Origin: Podarcis tiliguerta
Lineage: Eukaryota
NCBI GenBank assembly: GCA_965153285.1
Contig: OZ229112.1
Length of the DNA stretch: 64,000 nucleotides
Reading direction: 5' to 3' (one strand)
In this document: in pieces, positions 48,001 through 60,530 of the stretch
How the letters are laid out: each line of letters opens with the position of its first letter
Numbering within the stretch: position 1 is the first letter of the stretch
Program-made: the position numbers and the translations under genes
The notes under the pieces: generated by a model
The model's input: only the letters and a program-made list of their open reading frames with translations
What the model was told of the DNA's origin: nothing
The model's database searches: none

Positions 48001-51000
48001 AGGGGTATAAATGTAGGAAGGTAAATAATAATTTTGCAAGCCTTTTAGTTAGCAGAGTTTCCGTAACAGATTTCTAATATGCAGAAGAGGAAAGCTATGG
48101 TCACCCTGATGCAGAGGTTTTCAGACACTCTTCTGGGGGAACCCAGCAGGATAGTTAGTAGTGCATTGCCAAAAAGGAGGATTTTGAAAACCAAAAAAGA
48201 CTTGGACTGGGCAGCCCTCAAATAGAGGACACCTTCACACCCTCTTGATGGCCCATCTAAACAGAGGATTGGATAAAGTAGGGCACATGGCTAATCTACA
48301 GCTCATCTGTTTCTTGAAAACTTCCCAGAGGTTCCAAAATGAGAACATTAGTCATGGTGGCCAGGTTCCTTGCCAGACCCTACCATGCCTAACACACCCA
48401 TTATGTTTCTGACAGTGGACAGCTCCAGCCAGCACACTCAGCTAACAGAAGGCAATAGGCCTGAAATGATTGTGTGCCCTAAAACATGCCTCAGTGTCAT
48501 CTGTGATTAAAAAGTGATTCCTCAGCAGACAAATACATGTGGAAATGGCTTTCTGAAGGCAGAAAATATGAAAACCACAGTTTTAAAACCCTTGGGTCAA
48601 ACTTGACATCATACTATTAATTCTTAACCTTCCAAACAACAGAAGGTGATATAATCTGATAACCACACAAACACACACACGTGAACACATAGATACATGT
48701 TGTGATCAAATGAATATGTTAAGAACAATTTGAAGGAATTGAGATTAGTCAAATTACTTAAAGTCCTCTATTCTGAGCAAAACTTCTCACTGTTCAAAGT
48801 TTAGTCAGGTTCTCACATGGTTTTAATGAGTGATGCCTAGGGCACTTTTTCCCCAGAAGTAGCTGAAGGCTGGATTCCCTTTGTTGAACTCTGGTCTCTG
48901 GACCTGTTTGGGGAACTTCTTAAATCAATGGAGAAGATCTCAGTTACTTCAAAGAGATTTGAATAGGTACTCAGGAGTGTAGGCTTTATATAATAAATAG
49001 CAAATTTACCTAAAGCCATTCAGTATTTCTCAGAGTTTGGCAAGTCTGTTAAACCTTTTTCCTGCAGGACTGGCTAAGCCTAATCAAGACAACTGACACT
49101 ATCTAAAGCTCACTGAATATGCCCCCTAGCAGTCTTTTAAAGAGCTGCGCTACCTAAATAGGAATGAGAAAGATTGATGTCAAAGCAAGCTAAAACCACT
49201 GGGTTGGTAGTCCCTCAAGGTTAGGTACTAGTTATAATTTTGTCAAAATGAGAATATAATGCTTCTGTTTCTGTGACATCGTATTGGCACCTTGGGGAGA
49301 AAAGGCAGGATAGAAATTCAATAATAAATAAATTATAACATTTCTGTGTTTTCACACACAGGGGCATCCATGGGTCTATGGAGCACAACTAGAACAAAGA
49401 GAAAAATCTGAGCCTGAACTTACATGTCTCCAGAGCCCTCGTACATCCTTGCACAACCTTCCCAGACCTTGGAGAGCAAGAAGAGAGATGGGTGGGTTTA
49501 AAAGCTCTTTCCGTGCTGGGTTTTCCTGACACAGAAAGAGTTTTTAAGTCCTCCATCTTGCTTACTAGCCTCTAGAAAGGTTATACGAGGGCTCTGGAAG
49601 GTCCTGCAAGGCTTCCATAATCTTGCCCCTTCAGCATACTGGTGTCAGGCAGGTAGGGATGCTTGAGCAGGGAGGGTTGTGGTTCTGAGGGTCTTCCTGA
49701 CTTTGCATGATTTTGCTTTTGAATGCAGACCCCCGAAATGTGACCCCCTCACAAGTTTCAGGCCTACTGTATAAATTGCACAGTCATAGGCTCTGTATGG
49801 AGGTCTAGCTGATTTTGTAGCAGTCGGTAGCTGCCAGGATCCCACTCCCTTCTTTTTGCATTCGGTGTATCTGCTTTGCTGTGATGACACTCAGTTCTAT
49901 TTTTCCATAGTGTTTGGATCAGGTCTGGCTGTGCAAGAGGTGTTATCGCAGTTCAAGGACACATTCCAGGCAGGCAAATGCATTCGAAGAAAGCACAGAG
50001 CAGGGCTGCACTTGGCTCATGGGCCAGGTGTTCCACACCCTTTTCCACACAGGAAAATGACTGTTGAAAGCAGTGCTGCTTCACACAGATGCCTTATGCA
50101 TTACATGCATTTTGCAAAGAAGGCTACCACCGAGATTTTAAGACTGACATCTTATCTTCCCAGAGCACACAAGCTACTGAAGGCAGAGGATGCAATTTAC
50201 CTTCCACTGAGACTATTTATGTGCTTTTTAATTGGCTCAAAGTAGTTTTGTACAAGCAACCATTAAATCATTGTTGAAGAGAATGAGCATACTTGATGGG
50301 CAAGAACATCTGTGTTGGTAATTTCTAAATAAATAAATCACATCTACTTAACTGCTTGAAACACAATATGAAAGCACCATGTATGAATAGGCCAGTGACT
50401 GTATTAACGATCTCCAATTGTTTATAATCCTGATGATTAAGTAAGCATAGTTTTGGAGAAAGATTTAAAGAGACTTCTTATATTCTAGTCACCTCATGAA
50501 AAGTGCAGGCAACTTCCCTGCATATTGGGTGCTAATCTTGATGAAGCATTCCACAGAGACCAATTTCCAACATAGATCTAAAATACCATTGGGAACATTT
50601 GATGCAGCTTGTGCCCAATTCAGACACTGAATAATCATCCGTATTGATAATTTCCATGAGTACATCTTGGTGGGTAAAAATGGGAAGCTCATTATCATGC
50701 ATATGATAGGGGCTGTACCCACAGATCAGGCAAGATGATTTTATTATTCTAAGACCTCTGCGCTGGATTGGGGCCCTGCTGTTTCAATACAAATACTGGC
50801 CTGAAAATTCGAGAATGCCAGCGATATAATTACACTAGCCTGAAACAAAAGACACAACCAATGTGTTACAATGCTATTCTGTCCTGGTATAACTCACAAC
50901 TTTTGTCATCTACAAAATTGGGTGCTGTTTCTTAATGTTGATTTAGATCCAAAGAAATGTGTGTCTACTTCTGGCTTTTGTGTTTCTCGAAGTTCATCGT

Positions 51001-51211
51001 CTTGTGCATGCCACATGGCAATTTGCTTGGGAAACTGAGGAAATATTCTGATCTGACATATCAGTTGAAAGAAAAAGTCAGACACCCTGCCCAAACCCTT
51101 GAACCAGCTCTTTCTATCCCAGTTTGCTTGCTTTTAAACAGCAGTTCAGAATGAAAGCTGTTAATGTGAAAGAATTGTCAACAGTGCATTTCCACACACG
51201 CATCTGATAGC

Positions 51212-51359
51212 AAGCCCCGTTGGAATTAGTGGGACTATCTTCTGAGTAGACAGGTACAGGATCATGCTATAAGGCTGCGATCCTTTGCACACTTACCTGG
51301 GAGTAAGCATCTTTGAACTAGTGGGACTTACGTTAAGTAGACATGTATAGGATTGCACA
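51212..51359. mobile_element. Tandem pair of small palindromic MITEs (GCAATCCT...GAGTAAG...GGGACTTAC...AGGATTGC family)
   Basis: Two head-to-tail units. Degraded relatives lie near 6255, 8350, 14833, 19280, 24050 and 36160. Confidence 0.7.
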
Positions 51360-52548
51360 TTGGTTTAAGTGTGTTTAAGTGTAGTTAACTCTGTTGGATA
51401 GTGGCATTCTATGCAATCAAATATTATGCAATGTTTTAAAAATAAATGTGAAATCGTTCTTAAATATTGTGTGGCATTGTAGAATACTCCAAAACAAAGC
51501 AATAGGAAAATTTGCAAAGGCTGTATATAATGTAGAGATGTAATGCTTAACTCGTAAACCACTTCAGGCAGATATTTCTTTTTCACATGGGTACATACCA
51601 TTATTTGAGTGCCTATATTGAGTGCCTATATTGATTTGGTCCCATTTTTCAAAAAGTTTGGCTGTCTTCTTTTATTGCTTTTTGCAAACATCTTCCATCT
51701 CAACAAGCTCTCGCATGCTACTGAATTCAGCTTTATTCAATATGCCCCTAATTTGAGCACCACTGTTCCAGTTTTTGGAATATTAGGTTGTACATTCCTT
51801 GCCAGAGTCATATATTTCTGATTTATACCACCAGTCTATAGGGAATGGTTAAAAGTCTTCTTTAAAAATGTGTGGTGTTTTTTAGTCTGTAGGGCAAGTT
51901 AAAATATATACAGTTATTCATATGACATAATTTATGAGGGACGTTATCAACCAATAAGAGGAATGCATACTGAGGCATCACTTTATGTCCTATATTTTTA
52001 GTAGTGTGGCATTCAAATTTAAGTTTAGGCTGCAGATTGCTGCATTTTATACCAATGCTTCCAATTTCTGAGAGAAAAATCATGTCCTGGATACTTTGCT
52101 TATCGGGGCAGCTAATTTAAACAGGCTTGTAACTTCCTTTGAATCAAGGGAGATGTGGAATGTTAATTTTCTGTTGAATTATTTATAATAAATTAACAAT
52201 AATTTACTTCCTGTGAGATGCGCATCTGCAGAACTGGCATTCTTGCTGTGTCCCTGCTAGGGACGCAAGGGTACCAAAAGAAAATGCTCAAGAGTTTTAG
52301 CACACCAAGAGAAAATGATCTTTCCGACTATACAATTTCAGTCTGGCGCTTCATAGGCTCATTTGTCAAGGCTGAATGTATGGGAATGTATTGCATTTTA
52401 AAATGGATTGGATACATTCCGCTCTGTTGTACACTTGAACACTAAATTCAGCAAAGTTATCAAATGATTCTGACAAGTTCTTTGGAAGTGTAAGATTTTG
52501 CACTATCCACGCAATTTTAGGATCATTGCTCAAAAGCTAAACTCAAGA

Positions 52549-52693
52549 TGGCTGAGTCGGTAAATAAAGCACAAGACTTTTAATCTCAGGGTTGTGAGTT
52601 CAAACCCCACATTGGGCAAAAGATTCCTGCATTGCATGGGGTTGGACTAGATGACCCTCATGGCCCCTTCCAACTCTACAATTCTGTGTTTCT
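52549..52693 (+). mobile_element. tRNA-Lys(CTT)-derived SINE with CR1 tail
   Basis: GCTGAGTCGGT..AGCACAAGACTTTTAATCTCAGGGTTGTGAGTTCAAACCCCACATTGGGC aligns to tRNA-Lys(CTT). Followed by the CR1 3' end. Confidence 0.9.
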
Positions 52694-52822
52694 TTATAAA
52701 CATAATCACTATGATCCAGCAAGCAGGGTATCCTGTGTGCAAATAGAGCCATCATGTTTCATTAAATTACTTCTTAATTCATATAATTTATTTCAGAATC
52801 ACTTTAAGGTTTCTGAGCTACC

Positions 52823-53430
52823 TGTCATGGATTGGCTGGCCGAAGAGGAATGGTGGGAGGCACCAGCCAGGGAACCCCCAAGGGAGGAAGGCTCAGAGCC
52901 AGGGGATTGGTGTGGGACACTGAGGAGAGATCAGAGGGAGAAGATTGGGAGGAGGTGCCAGATGCTGAAGAGGCAACAAGTCTTAGTGAACAGGAAGAGC
53001 CTGTGATATGGAGCAGTTGAGACTCTGAGGCTGAAGCAGAGGAGGGAGCGGTCAAGAGATTGCTGGGAGGGTCAAGAGGGGGGTCAAGAGACAGAATCCA
53101 GGGAGTCTCGTCTCCTGCTGTGACAAGCTTCCCTTCTGCCTGGTCTCCCAGACCTGGCAGAGTAATGAGAAGAGCAGAACAGAGGTCAGAGGTGCGCAGA
53201 CACAGTTTGAGACCACTTGGGAAATATCTGGGAGAGGAGGAGCCTTAGAAAGGGTAGAAGGCAGGGAGGTTCAGCCCTGGCAACTGCTCCATAGAGGCAA
53301 GAGCTTCTGGGGAGTGTTGCTAAGACCACTAGGCCAAGTTGGATGTTCGTTTCCTTGAATAAACAGTTAACACTGGCAGTGGAGTTCTTCTCTCTTTATT
53401 GCTGACCTGTATCTGACTCTAGCCCTGACA
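52823..53430 (+). mobile_element. Solo LTR (Gypsy-like), 608 bp
   Basis: TGTCA...TGACA termini, perfect 5-bp TSD CTACC, AATAAA at 53358. Confidence 0.92.
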
Positions 53431-54329
53431 CTACCAATTTTTTTACATTTTTGACCTTTCCGAATTTCCATAAACACATATTTTACGTCCTTCCATAAAA
53501 ACAGACTAATTGGATCTTTTTAAACAATCTGTAGTTCTGACACATTTATGTTGATGTAAAATTATTATGTGCTAGTTGATCCCAATCATTTGTTTAAATA
53601 TATTTACATTTTAACAATCAAGACTAAAATTATTCTGTTCCCAAAGGCAAATTGTTCCTTTCCAGATTGTCCTCATCCCAAGGACTCATCCCTGCAGTTT
53701 AATTGGCTAACAGTCAAAATCATGTAACAGTTTGCCTGAAGTTGGTGACATTAACTGAGCACCTGAGGTAATGAAAATAAACGGTATGTCCTCTATTGTT
53801 CTGGCTGCTGTGCTTTCTCTTGACCAAGAACACTGGGGACATTTGAATGGCAGATCTCCAAGACTTACTTAGAAGTGTGGTTCATTTGATACTGTTGTGT
53901 TCTTCTCAGTGAAGAACAGCTCAAACACTTTCTGTTCTTGAATTCTCCCTTCTGCAGCCATTGTGTTAAATGTTTGGGAGGAAGGACAACATACACATGA
54001 GAGGGAGAGAGGGGAGCACTGCAGATGATGGATGAAAGAAAAATGTTTGCTTTGAGGCAAAGAACTTGGATGATTTCTAAGTACAAAATTCCAGGTTGTA
54101 TTCTCCGTAACCCTCTCATGAATACTGTGGAACAGTGAACTTGATAGGTAATAAATTTCCCCAAACTATCCAGTAAGCTTCATCGACAGGAAGATTTGTT
54201 TCTGGGTTTTCCATGGTAAAAGACATAGTGGTAGGACTTTACCCAAGAACTATGACTGCAAGATAGTCTCATGGGAGTACAGGGCACTAACCAAATTTAC
54301 AAATAAATAAATATTGAAAAGCATTACTT

Positions 54330-54482
54330 TCTCCAGCTGTGGAGGCAGAGCATAGCCATCACTGCTATTAGCCACCGATTGTCTCATCTGCCATGATTTT
54401 GTCTAATCCTCTTTGAGAGCCATCCAAGTTGTTGGGCATCGCAGCCTCCTATGGGGGCGACTTCCATAGTTTAACTGCATGT
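54330..54482 (-). mobile_element. CR1 3'-region fragment
   Basis: CATAGCCATCA...TGTCTAATCCTCTTT...GCCATCCAAGTTG...TTCCATAGTTTAACT is the reverse complement of a CR1 ORF2 end. Confidence 0.75.
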
Positions 54483-54581
54483 TCATTGTGGTTCATGTTC
54501 ACTGCTATCAGTGTTCAGTCTCAAAGGTTGCTTTGTGCTCCTGAAGTTGTTGCTACTTTTTACCTCTCATGAATAGTGGTC

Positions 54582-54770
54582 CTTTTGGGGTTGCCTTGTT
54601 TGTGCTGCACAGCAGGTAGGACTTTGAGTAATCTCGCATTCTCGTGGATTTGAATGGCAAAGCGTTTCAGGTATCTTCCCGATTTAAAAATTAAAATTTG
54701 GAATTGAAAATGGAATTGAAATTTAAGCCATGCATGATTGCTCCTCTTTGATCTGACTTGTATAATGAGG
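54582..54770 (+). repeat. Diverged direct repeat, copy A (partner 58371-58553)
   Basis: Shared colinear blocks TTTGGGGTT, GTGCTGCACA, GTAGGACTTTGA, CATTCTC, TTTGAATGG, ATTGAA and TAATGAGG. Confidence 0.8.
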
Positions 54771-54777
54771 TTTATTA

Positions 54778-55167
54778 ATAGGTTGGTGTAAGACTCTTAA
54801 TCTCAGGGATATGGGTTCAAACCCCACGTTGGGCAAAAGATTCCTGCTTTTGCAGGGGGTTAGACCTGATGAAGAAGAAGAGAAGAAGAAGAGTTTGGAT
54901 TTGATATCCCACTTTATCACTACCCTAAGGAGTCTCAAAGTGGCTAACAATCTCCTTTCCTTCCTCCCCCACAACAAACACTGTGTGAGGTGAGTGGGGC
55001 TGAGAGACTTCAGAGAAGTGTGACTGGCCCAAGGTCACCCAGCAGCTGCATGTGGAGGAGCGGGGAAGCGAACCCGGTTCACCAGATTACGAGTCCACTG
55101 TTCTTAACCACTACACCACACTGGCTCTTTGTGGCCCCTTCCAACTTTACAGTTCTGTGAATCTGTG
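54778..55167 (+). mobile_element. tRNA-Lys/CR1-tail SINE interrupted by a CORE SINE
   Basis: The head AGACTCTTAATCTCAGGG...CCCCACGTTGGGC and GATTCCTGC run to 54870. The tail GGCCCCTTCCAACTTTACAGTTCTGTG resumes at ~55130. Confidence 0.85.
54871..55127 (-). mobile_element. tRNA-derived CORE SINE (Squam3-like), copy 3
   Basis: Near-identical to the copies at 23319 and 29560. Confidence 0.93.
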
Positions 55168-56640
55168 AAATAATTGTGCTTCTCAAGTGGGCCAAAGACT
55201 CACATTGCAAAAACTTGTTCCTCCAGTCTCCTAAACTGGTGCTGTATTAACTTACTTCCAAAGCTTGGTGTGGCAGAGGAGGAAGGAGCAAAGCCTGCTA
55301 ATCACAGAAAGGGACAATCCAGCCTAAGTTAAACACTTTGAAGGCCCATTGATTTTAAATGGGGATGATTTAAGCACTCTGCCACTGGAATCAATGAGAC
55401 ATAAATGTAGTTAAATTCTACCGCTTTATGCCGTGCATTCCCTTTGGCTAGAGGTGTCCCTGACCAGTTCAGCACTCCAAAAGAACATGCCAAAACACTA
55501 TACACTGACATTAACTTTTGGGTTGTTTGTTTTTTTCTAGAGGGATTAATCTATATAATCCAACACTGGAGCTACCTGAGTGAGCTAACACCACACAATA
55601 AGCCACTGAGCTCCTTCAAATTTATGTAAGTTAAACTATTTAACTTAAAACACAGATAGTGCATAGTGCAATTAAGCATTCCATTTTTAAGAATAGTCTT
55701 AAACTTATTCATTGATAAGAAATGCATTATTCTCTTTGCTCAATCCTATCCCATTAAGACAGCAGTGGTTTCAAATTATACTTTAATGCTTTTAACAAAT
55801 ATTTTCTTTCTCTCACCCTTGTGTTGCTCAAACTGGTTGAGTGGAGGTTTGGAAACGATTTATGCGCATTCAAACATCATTAGTTGTATGCACAGCTTTT
55901 TATATTTATAGTTTAATACCCACAATCAGTTTTGTTGCTGAATTCTTGCTGCAATAAAAGCAGACCATTAATGCTTTTAAACATTAAATAGTGAGGATGC
56001 TGCATTTATTGAAATAAAGGAAATTATACTGCCTTGGTTTCTCTGCCTTCCTTTAAGATGAAGCATAAAGAGATCCCTGCTTTGCTTTGCTTTAAACTTA
56101 TGCTCTTCCACTACATTTAAGCTGCAATTTGATTTTGGAGCAGGAGGTGTCATTTGGCCGCATACAAATCAACCACGGATAAACACAATCAAGGAACATA
56201 GTGTTTATACAGACCGGGAATTGTCTACTTTTAGAGCATCAAATTAAGATAAATACAAATTACTTTGCATTTAAATAGGGGTTTTTTTGTTGTTTTTTTA
56301 GCTTGAAGGGTAAATTCTCTTAAAGTTGTAGTGGGGAAAAAGAAATATCCAAACTATATTATTTCCTGTTGAATTTTCTAAAGTGGAGGGAGAGGCAGTT
56401 AGCAGAAAGGGTGCAGTTTGAACTGGCTGAGCCTCTGAGTGTCAATCTGCTTCCAAGAGTGAACAACGTTCTGTGTGCTGAATGTTGACATTGGTGGCAT
56501 CACCATTACACATCAGCAGACTATGGAACCAGTGCACTGGTAAGAGAAGTGGCCATGCATGTACCCAATGCCTGGTAGCAGATAATAGTGGGTGTGCACC
56601 ATTTACTTGGCCCTCCTCTGCCCAAGTCACTGCTGCATAC

Positions 56641-57236
56641 TGTTATGAGTTTGTGAGTGCTAGACATCCTAAGTCCCTGAGTCCAGTAGGTGTTAGAATT
56701 TAATTAAAGCTTGAGGTGTTAAAACCAAGAAATAGTCCTGGAGGTGAGGTGAGGTGACCCTGTGTGTTTGGCTGTGTACTAGACTCTTCTAAATCCCCTG
56801 GAATCAGCTAATTAAGTCAGGCTAGCCTCCTGTGTGAAATGATAACCTGGGGAAATGCACCAATAGGACAACGGAGGATCAAACAAACTCTGTGTGAGAT
56901 GGCAAAGGAGTGAGGCCTCTTTCACTCTGCAGATAAAGCCAAAGGTTAGAGAAGTATGCGGGGAAGCAATGTGAGCCAGGAGCTTAGAGTCGGAGCTTTG
57001 TGACCATGAGATGCAAAGTAGCAGGCAAGGCATGATCCCTGGTGTCTGTTTGGATCCAGGGCTGAGCCTATGGACAAAGCGGGATGCTGGGAACCCCTCC
57101 ATCGTAGGCTCAGGCTGTATATATGTATAAATAAACCATATACCATGAAGACTGTGCCTCCTTTCCAAAAGGAAAAAGAGTGCCTGGAACCCCCTGGAAT
57201 CTCGCATCGCTCAGATACTGGGGGCGGCATGCAACA
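56641..57236 (+). mobile_element. Solo LTR, 596 bp
   Basis: TGTT...AACA termini, perfect 4-bp TSD ATAC, AATAAA at 57130. Confidence 0.88.
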
Positions 57237-58370
57237 ATACCATGAAGGAAAGGGGGAGGAGCAAGGCAGCAGCAAAGTTGGCACAGTGCAGACATGCCAG
57301 GGAAGCCAATCCAGTGGTTCTGCCCATGTGTTTGCACCGCATTAACCTTGCTGCCATCTCCCTCTGCCCCTATCCATCATAGTATGCAGCAGTGGCCCAG
57401 CCAAAGGCAGACTGGGTAAGTACTGCAGCCCCACTGTGCCGTCTGCTACTGCAATTACCACACGGGAGAAAATGAGCCTGCTGCAGATATAGCCATGGTA
57501 TGCCTTCAAGACTATCAGAAAGTGCATATTCCTATGCAGGGTTTGGTAGGCTTCAGATGACATGTGTTGGGTCTCTTCTTGCCAGTGCAGCTTCAATAAC
57601 ATGTACCAGACTTGCATCACTTATGAACCACCAAGCCAAATGCAGCTCACCATCCCTGCAGCTTTGCTCTGACGGCATCCCTGCTTTTGTGGTACCAGCC
57701 AGAAAGCAAAAGCGGGGAACTCTATCAAGTACCCTGGTGGGATGCCATAAATTGCTGGTGACATCAGGGGACCACCAGTTGTACAGATCTAATATTAACT
57801 GATCCTAGAATAGACACATTCAATATATAATACTGTTTAACAAGGGTGGTTTCAAACAACCGTTTTTAAAATGGTGGGCACTAAAAAGAATAATAAGAGC
57901 AAATATAGTGAAGTGGTAACTGCAATTGTGTGCTGGAATGGTTCTTTAAACCCTCTGGCTAATAGTTACATATGTAGTCAGACGACAATTGCCACATTTT
58001 CCTGCTTTCCCACCATGTACTGTCTTGTAGAGTTATACCCATGACATTCATATCCATCTCTTAGTTTCAGAAAAAGCCTTAGTAAAAGGAAGAATTTCTA
58101 TATCTGAAAAGTCCTGATGCCCGGATTTCTTTTTAACTATATAGCTTCTTTCACTTAGAACAGAAGATAATGGATCTTTTTCTTACCACCTTGAAGAAAG
58201 GGAAAGTGTAGGTCACTAGTCTTTTCTATAAATCCATGTTCTGACGGAAGGTGAATCACTTCTTTTCTCTGTTCTACTTCTGATGGCAACCTTTTGGGTT
58301 GGGCTAGATTAACAGTCATGTGAAGTATGCTGTAGACTGAAGGCTTTTTATGCAGTACATTTATCTGAGA

Positions 58371-58553
58371 ATTTGGGGTTTATAACATTGGTGCTGCACA
58401 CCAAGTAGGACTTTGAACAATTTTCACATTCTCATTTCTTTGAATGGGAATCTGCTCTACATATTTCCCCAATTAAATTTTTGCTATATTAAACTGAGAT
58501 TGAATTTTAAACCCATGTGACTGCCCCTCGTTAATTTGAAGTGTGTAATGAGG
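58371..58553 (+). repeat. Diverged direct repeat, copy B (partner 54582-54770)
   Basis: Same colinear blocks as copy A. Confidence 0.8.
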
Positions 58554-59224
58554 ATGAAAAAAATGTGCTCATCAAGATATTAATTAATAATGCCCCATCT
58601 TTGAGAAACATGGCACACCACAAGTTAATCTTCCTTTTTTTTTCCCTCCTCATCTCTAAAAAGAGATCTTATAAAGTACTTGGTAAAGTGCTACAGAGTA
58701 TATCCAACTAAGGCACACTCATCCTACTGAAATCAATGTACTTAAAACCAATAATCTAAGTATGACTAAAGTTAGATAACATCCTACGAAGAAAACATAT
58801 TCCTCCCCCCCCAAAAAAAAACAGGAGGGTCGGAAGCTCTATTCATCAGCCATATGACTCAGATGGGATTTATCTAGACAGCCACTCAATCAGATAATCA
58901 ACCACAGTTGTGCAATGCAATCAGACACACAGATAAGAAACCTTAATATGATATTTGTGCTGTTAGAGAAGCCTGTTAGAAAACATGATCTCATTCTCAT
59001 TTTGAGAACAAACTAGTCTCTGGGTTTTACAGCATCGGCTGGATCAGCTCGAAGAATTTATGTGACCAAACTGTAGCTCTTGACATAAAATGTGCATAGC
59101 ACAAAGTGTTTGAGAATATTGGAATCCTAAATTGCCTATTTGGGGCAATACCTGTAAAAGACAAATAGTGGATCCATTAACTTGGTACTGTATCCATGCA
59201 AATATGTTACAGAAACTATTTACA

Positions 59225-59385
59225 TTATTATTATTATTAACAAGAAGAAGAAGAGGAAAAAGAAGAAGAATTTATTATTTATACCCCACCCATCTAGCTG
59301 GGTTTCCCCAGCCACTCTGTGCGGCTCCCAACCAAATTTTAAAACACAATACAGCATTAAACATTAAAAACTTTCCTAAACAGAG
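59225..59385 (-). mobile_element. L2 3' end with mixed (ATT)/(GAA) tail
   Basis: Matches the 3'UTR of the 16528-17122 copy (ATACCCCACCCATCTAGCTGGGTTTCCCCAGCCACTCTG...TAAACAGGG). Confidence 0.9.
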
Positions 59386-60530
59386 GGATAAGTGAGCCAG
59401 GCCTGATTCTTGTGTTTGCATGGAAAAGAAGTTCATTTTCCCTGATCCAAATTTCCCTTAGATAATCGGAACTAGCCAGGGAAAAGGAGCTGGTAAGACA
59501 CAACATAGCCCTGACTCTCCCAGTGTTCCATGAACTGGTCAGTAAATGTGCAAGGGTGCAAGTGTACAGTGTAAGGGTACTTGCTTGTGCCTGGATAAAA
59601 GTTTCAGGGGATCTCAGCACTCATCTTAAACAGGCAAATATTGCAAGTCCCAAATTCTTCTCCGTCCTGAATTAAAATCTGAGCTGATGAAGAATTCCTG
59701 GCTTCCCACTCTTTTCACTAGGCCTTAAACCCCAGGAATGACACCATGTGCAGCACAAAGATCCCTGCTAAGCCATGCAGAGCTTTAAGCTTCAGTTCTC
59801 ACAAGCTTCAAGCTAACCCAGTGGTGGTTGTTGATGATGATGCTTTCCTTACATTTAAAAAGTTATAATAATTAAGCCAGCCATTGTTAGTTGGTTGTGT
59901 TCTGATAAAGCAAGAATTCCTTTCTCTCTCTGCCAATATCTAGCATCATCCCAAGGATGTAGCACACACCAGAGAATCCTTGGTGCAGCCCTCACTATAA
60001 CTGACATTTGTAAAATATTCCTAGAAACAGCAGCCGTGCTTAATAACCCCTTGTCCTTGAGCCCTGACCGGGCAATGAGAGGTGGGTGGGAACACAGGAC
60101 TCCCCCATGGTTGCAAGAAATATGCCTTCTCAGTTGTTCAGTGAGCTGTTAAAAAAATAAATACTATTAAGTCACATAAGAGTAAAGTATACCTCTAAAA
60201 GAAATCTGAGTGTGAGGACTATGCCCAGAATACGAGGATTTGGAGAACTACTGAGCCAATGCAGTTTTTTTTTTTTTACAAGATATGTGTCATCACCAGC
60301 TTCATAAAACATAGTTCTGTAGTTCATCTTGGGAGTCGTGCATTTTCGCAACAGCAAAATGTAGTTGCTGGCATTAGCACAATATCCTGCCCTGTCTACT
60401 CCTGTCAATTATTTTTGATAGTTGAAAATAAGTAAAGTATGAGTGATAGTTGAAAATATGTAAAGTTAAGAACTATGTAAGTTTAAATGGGAGGAAAAAA
60501 TCCAATGTTTTTAAATATATTTTTCTGCAG

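Noticed and set aside
52549-52618. tRNA-Lys gene (likewise tRNA-Ile at 39058-39121)
   Set aside because: The cloverleaf is mutated and fused to a CR1 tail, so these are SINE heads, not tRNA genes.
60416-60466. 23-bp tandem duplication upstream of the second exon
   Set aside because: It is an ordinary slippage duplication with no evidence of function.
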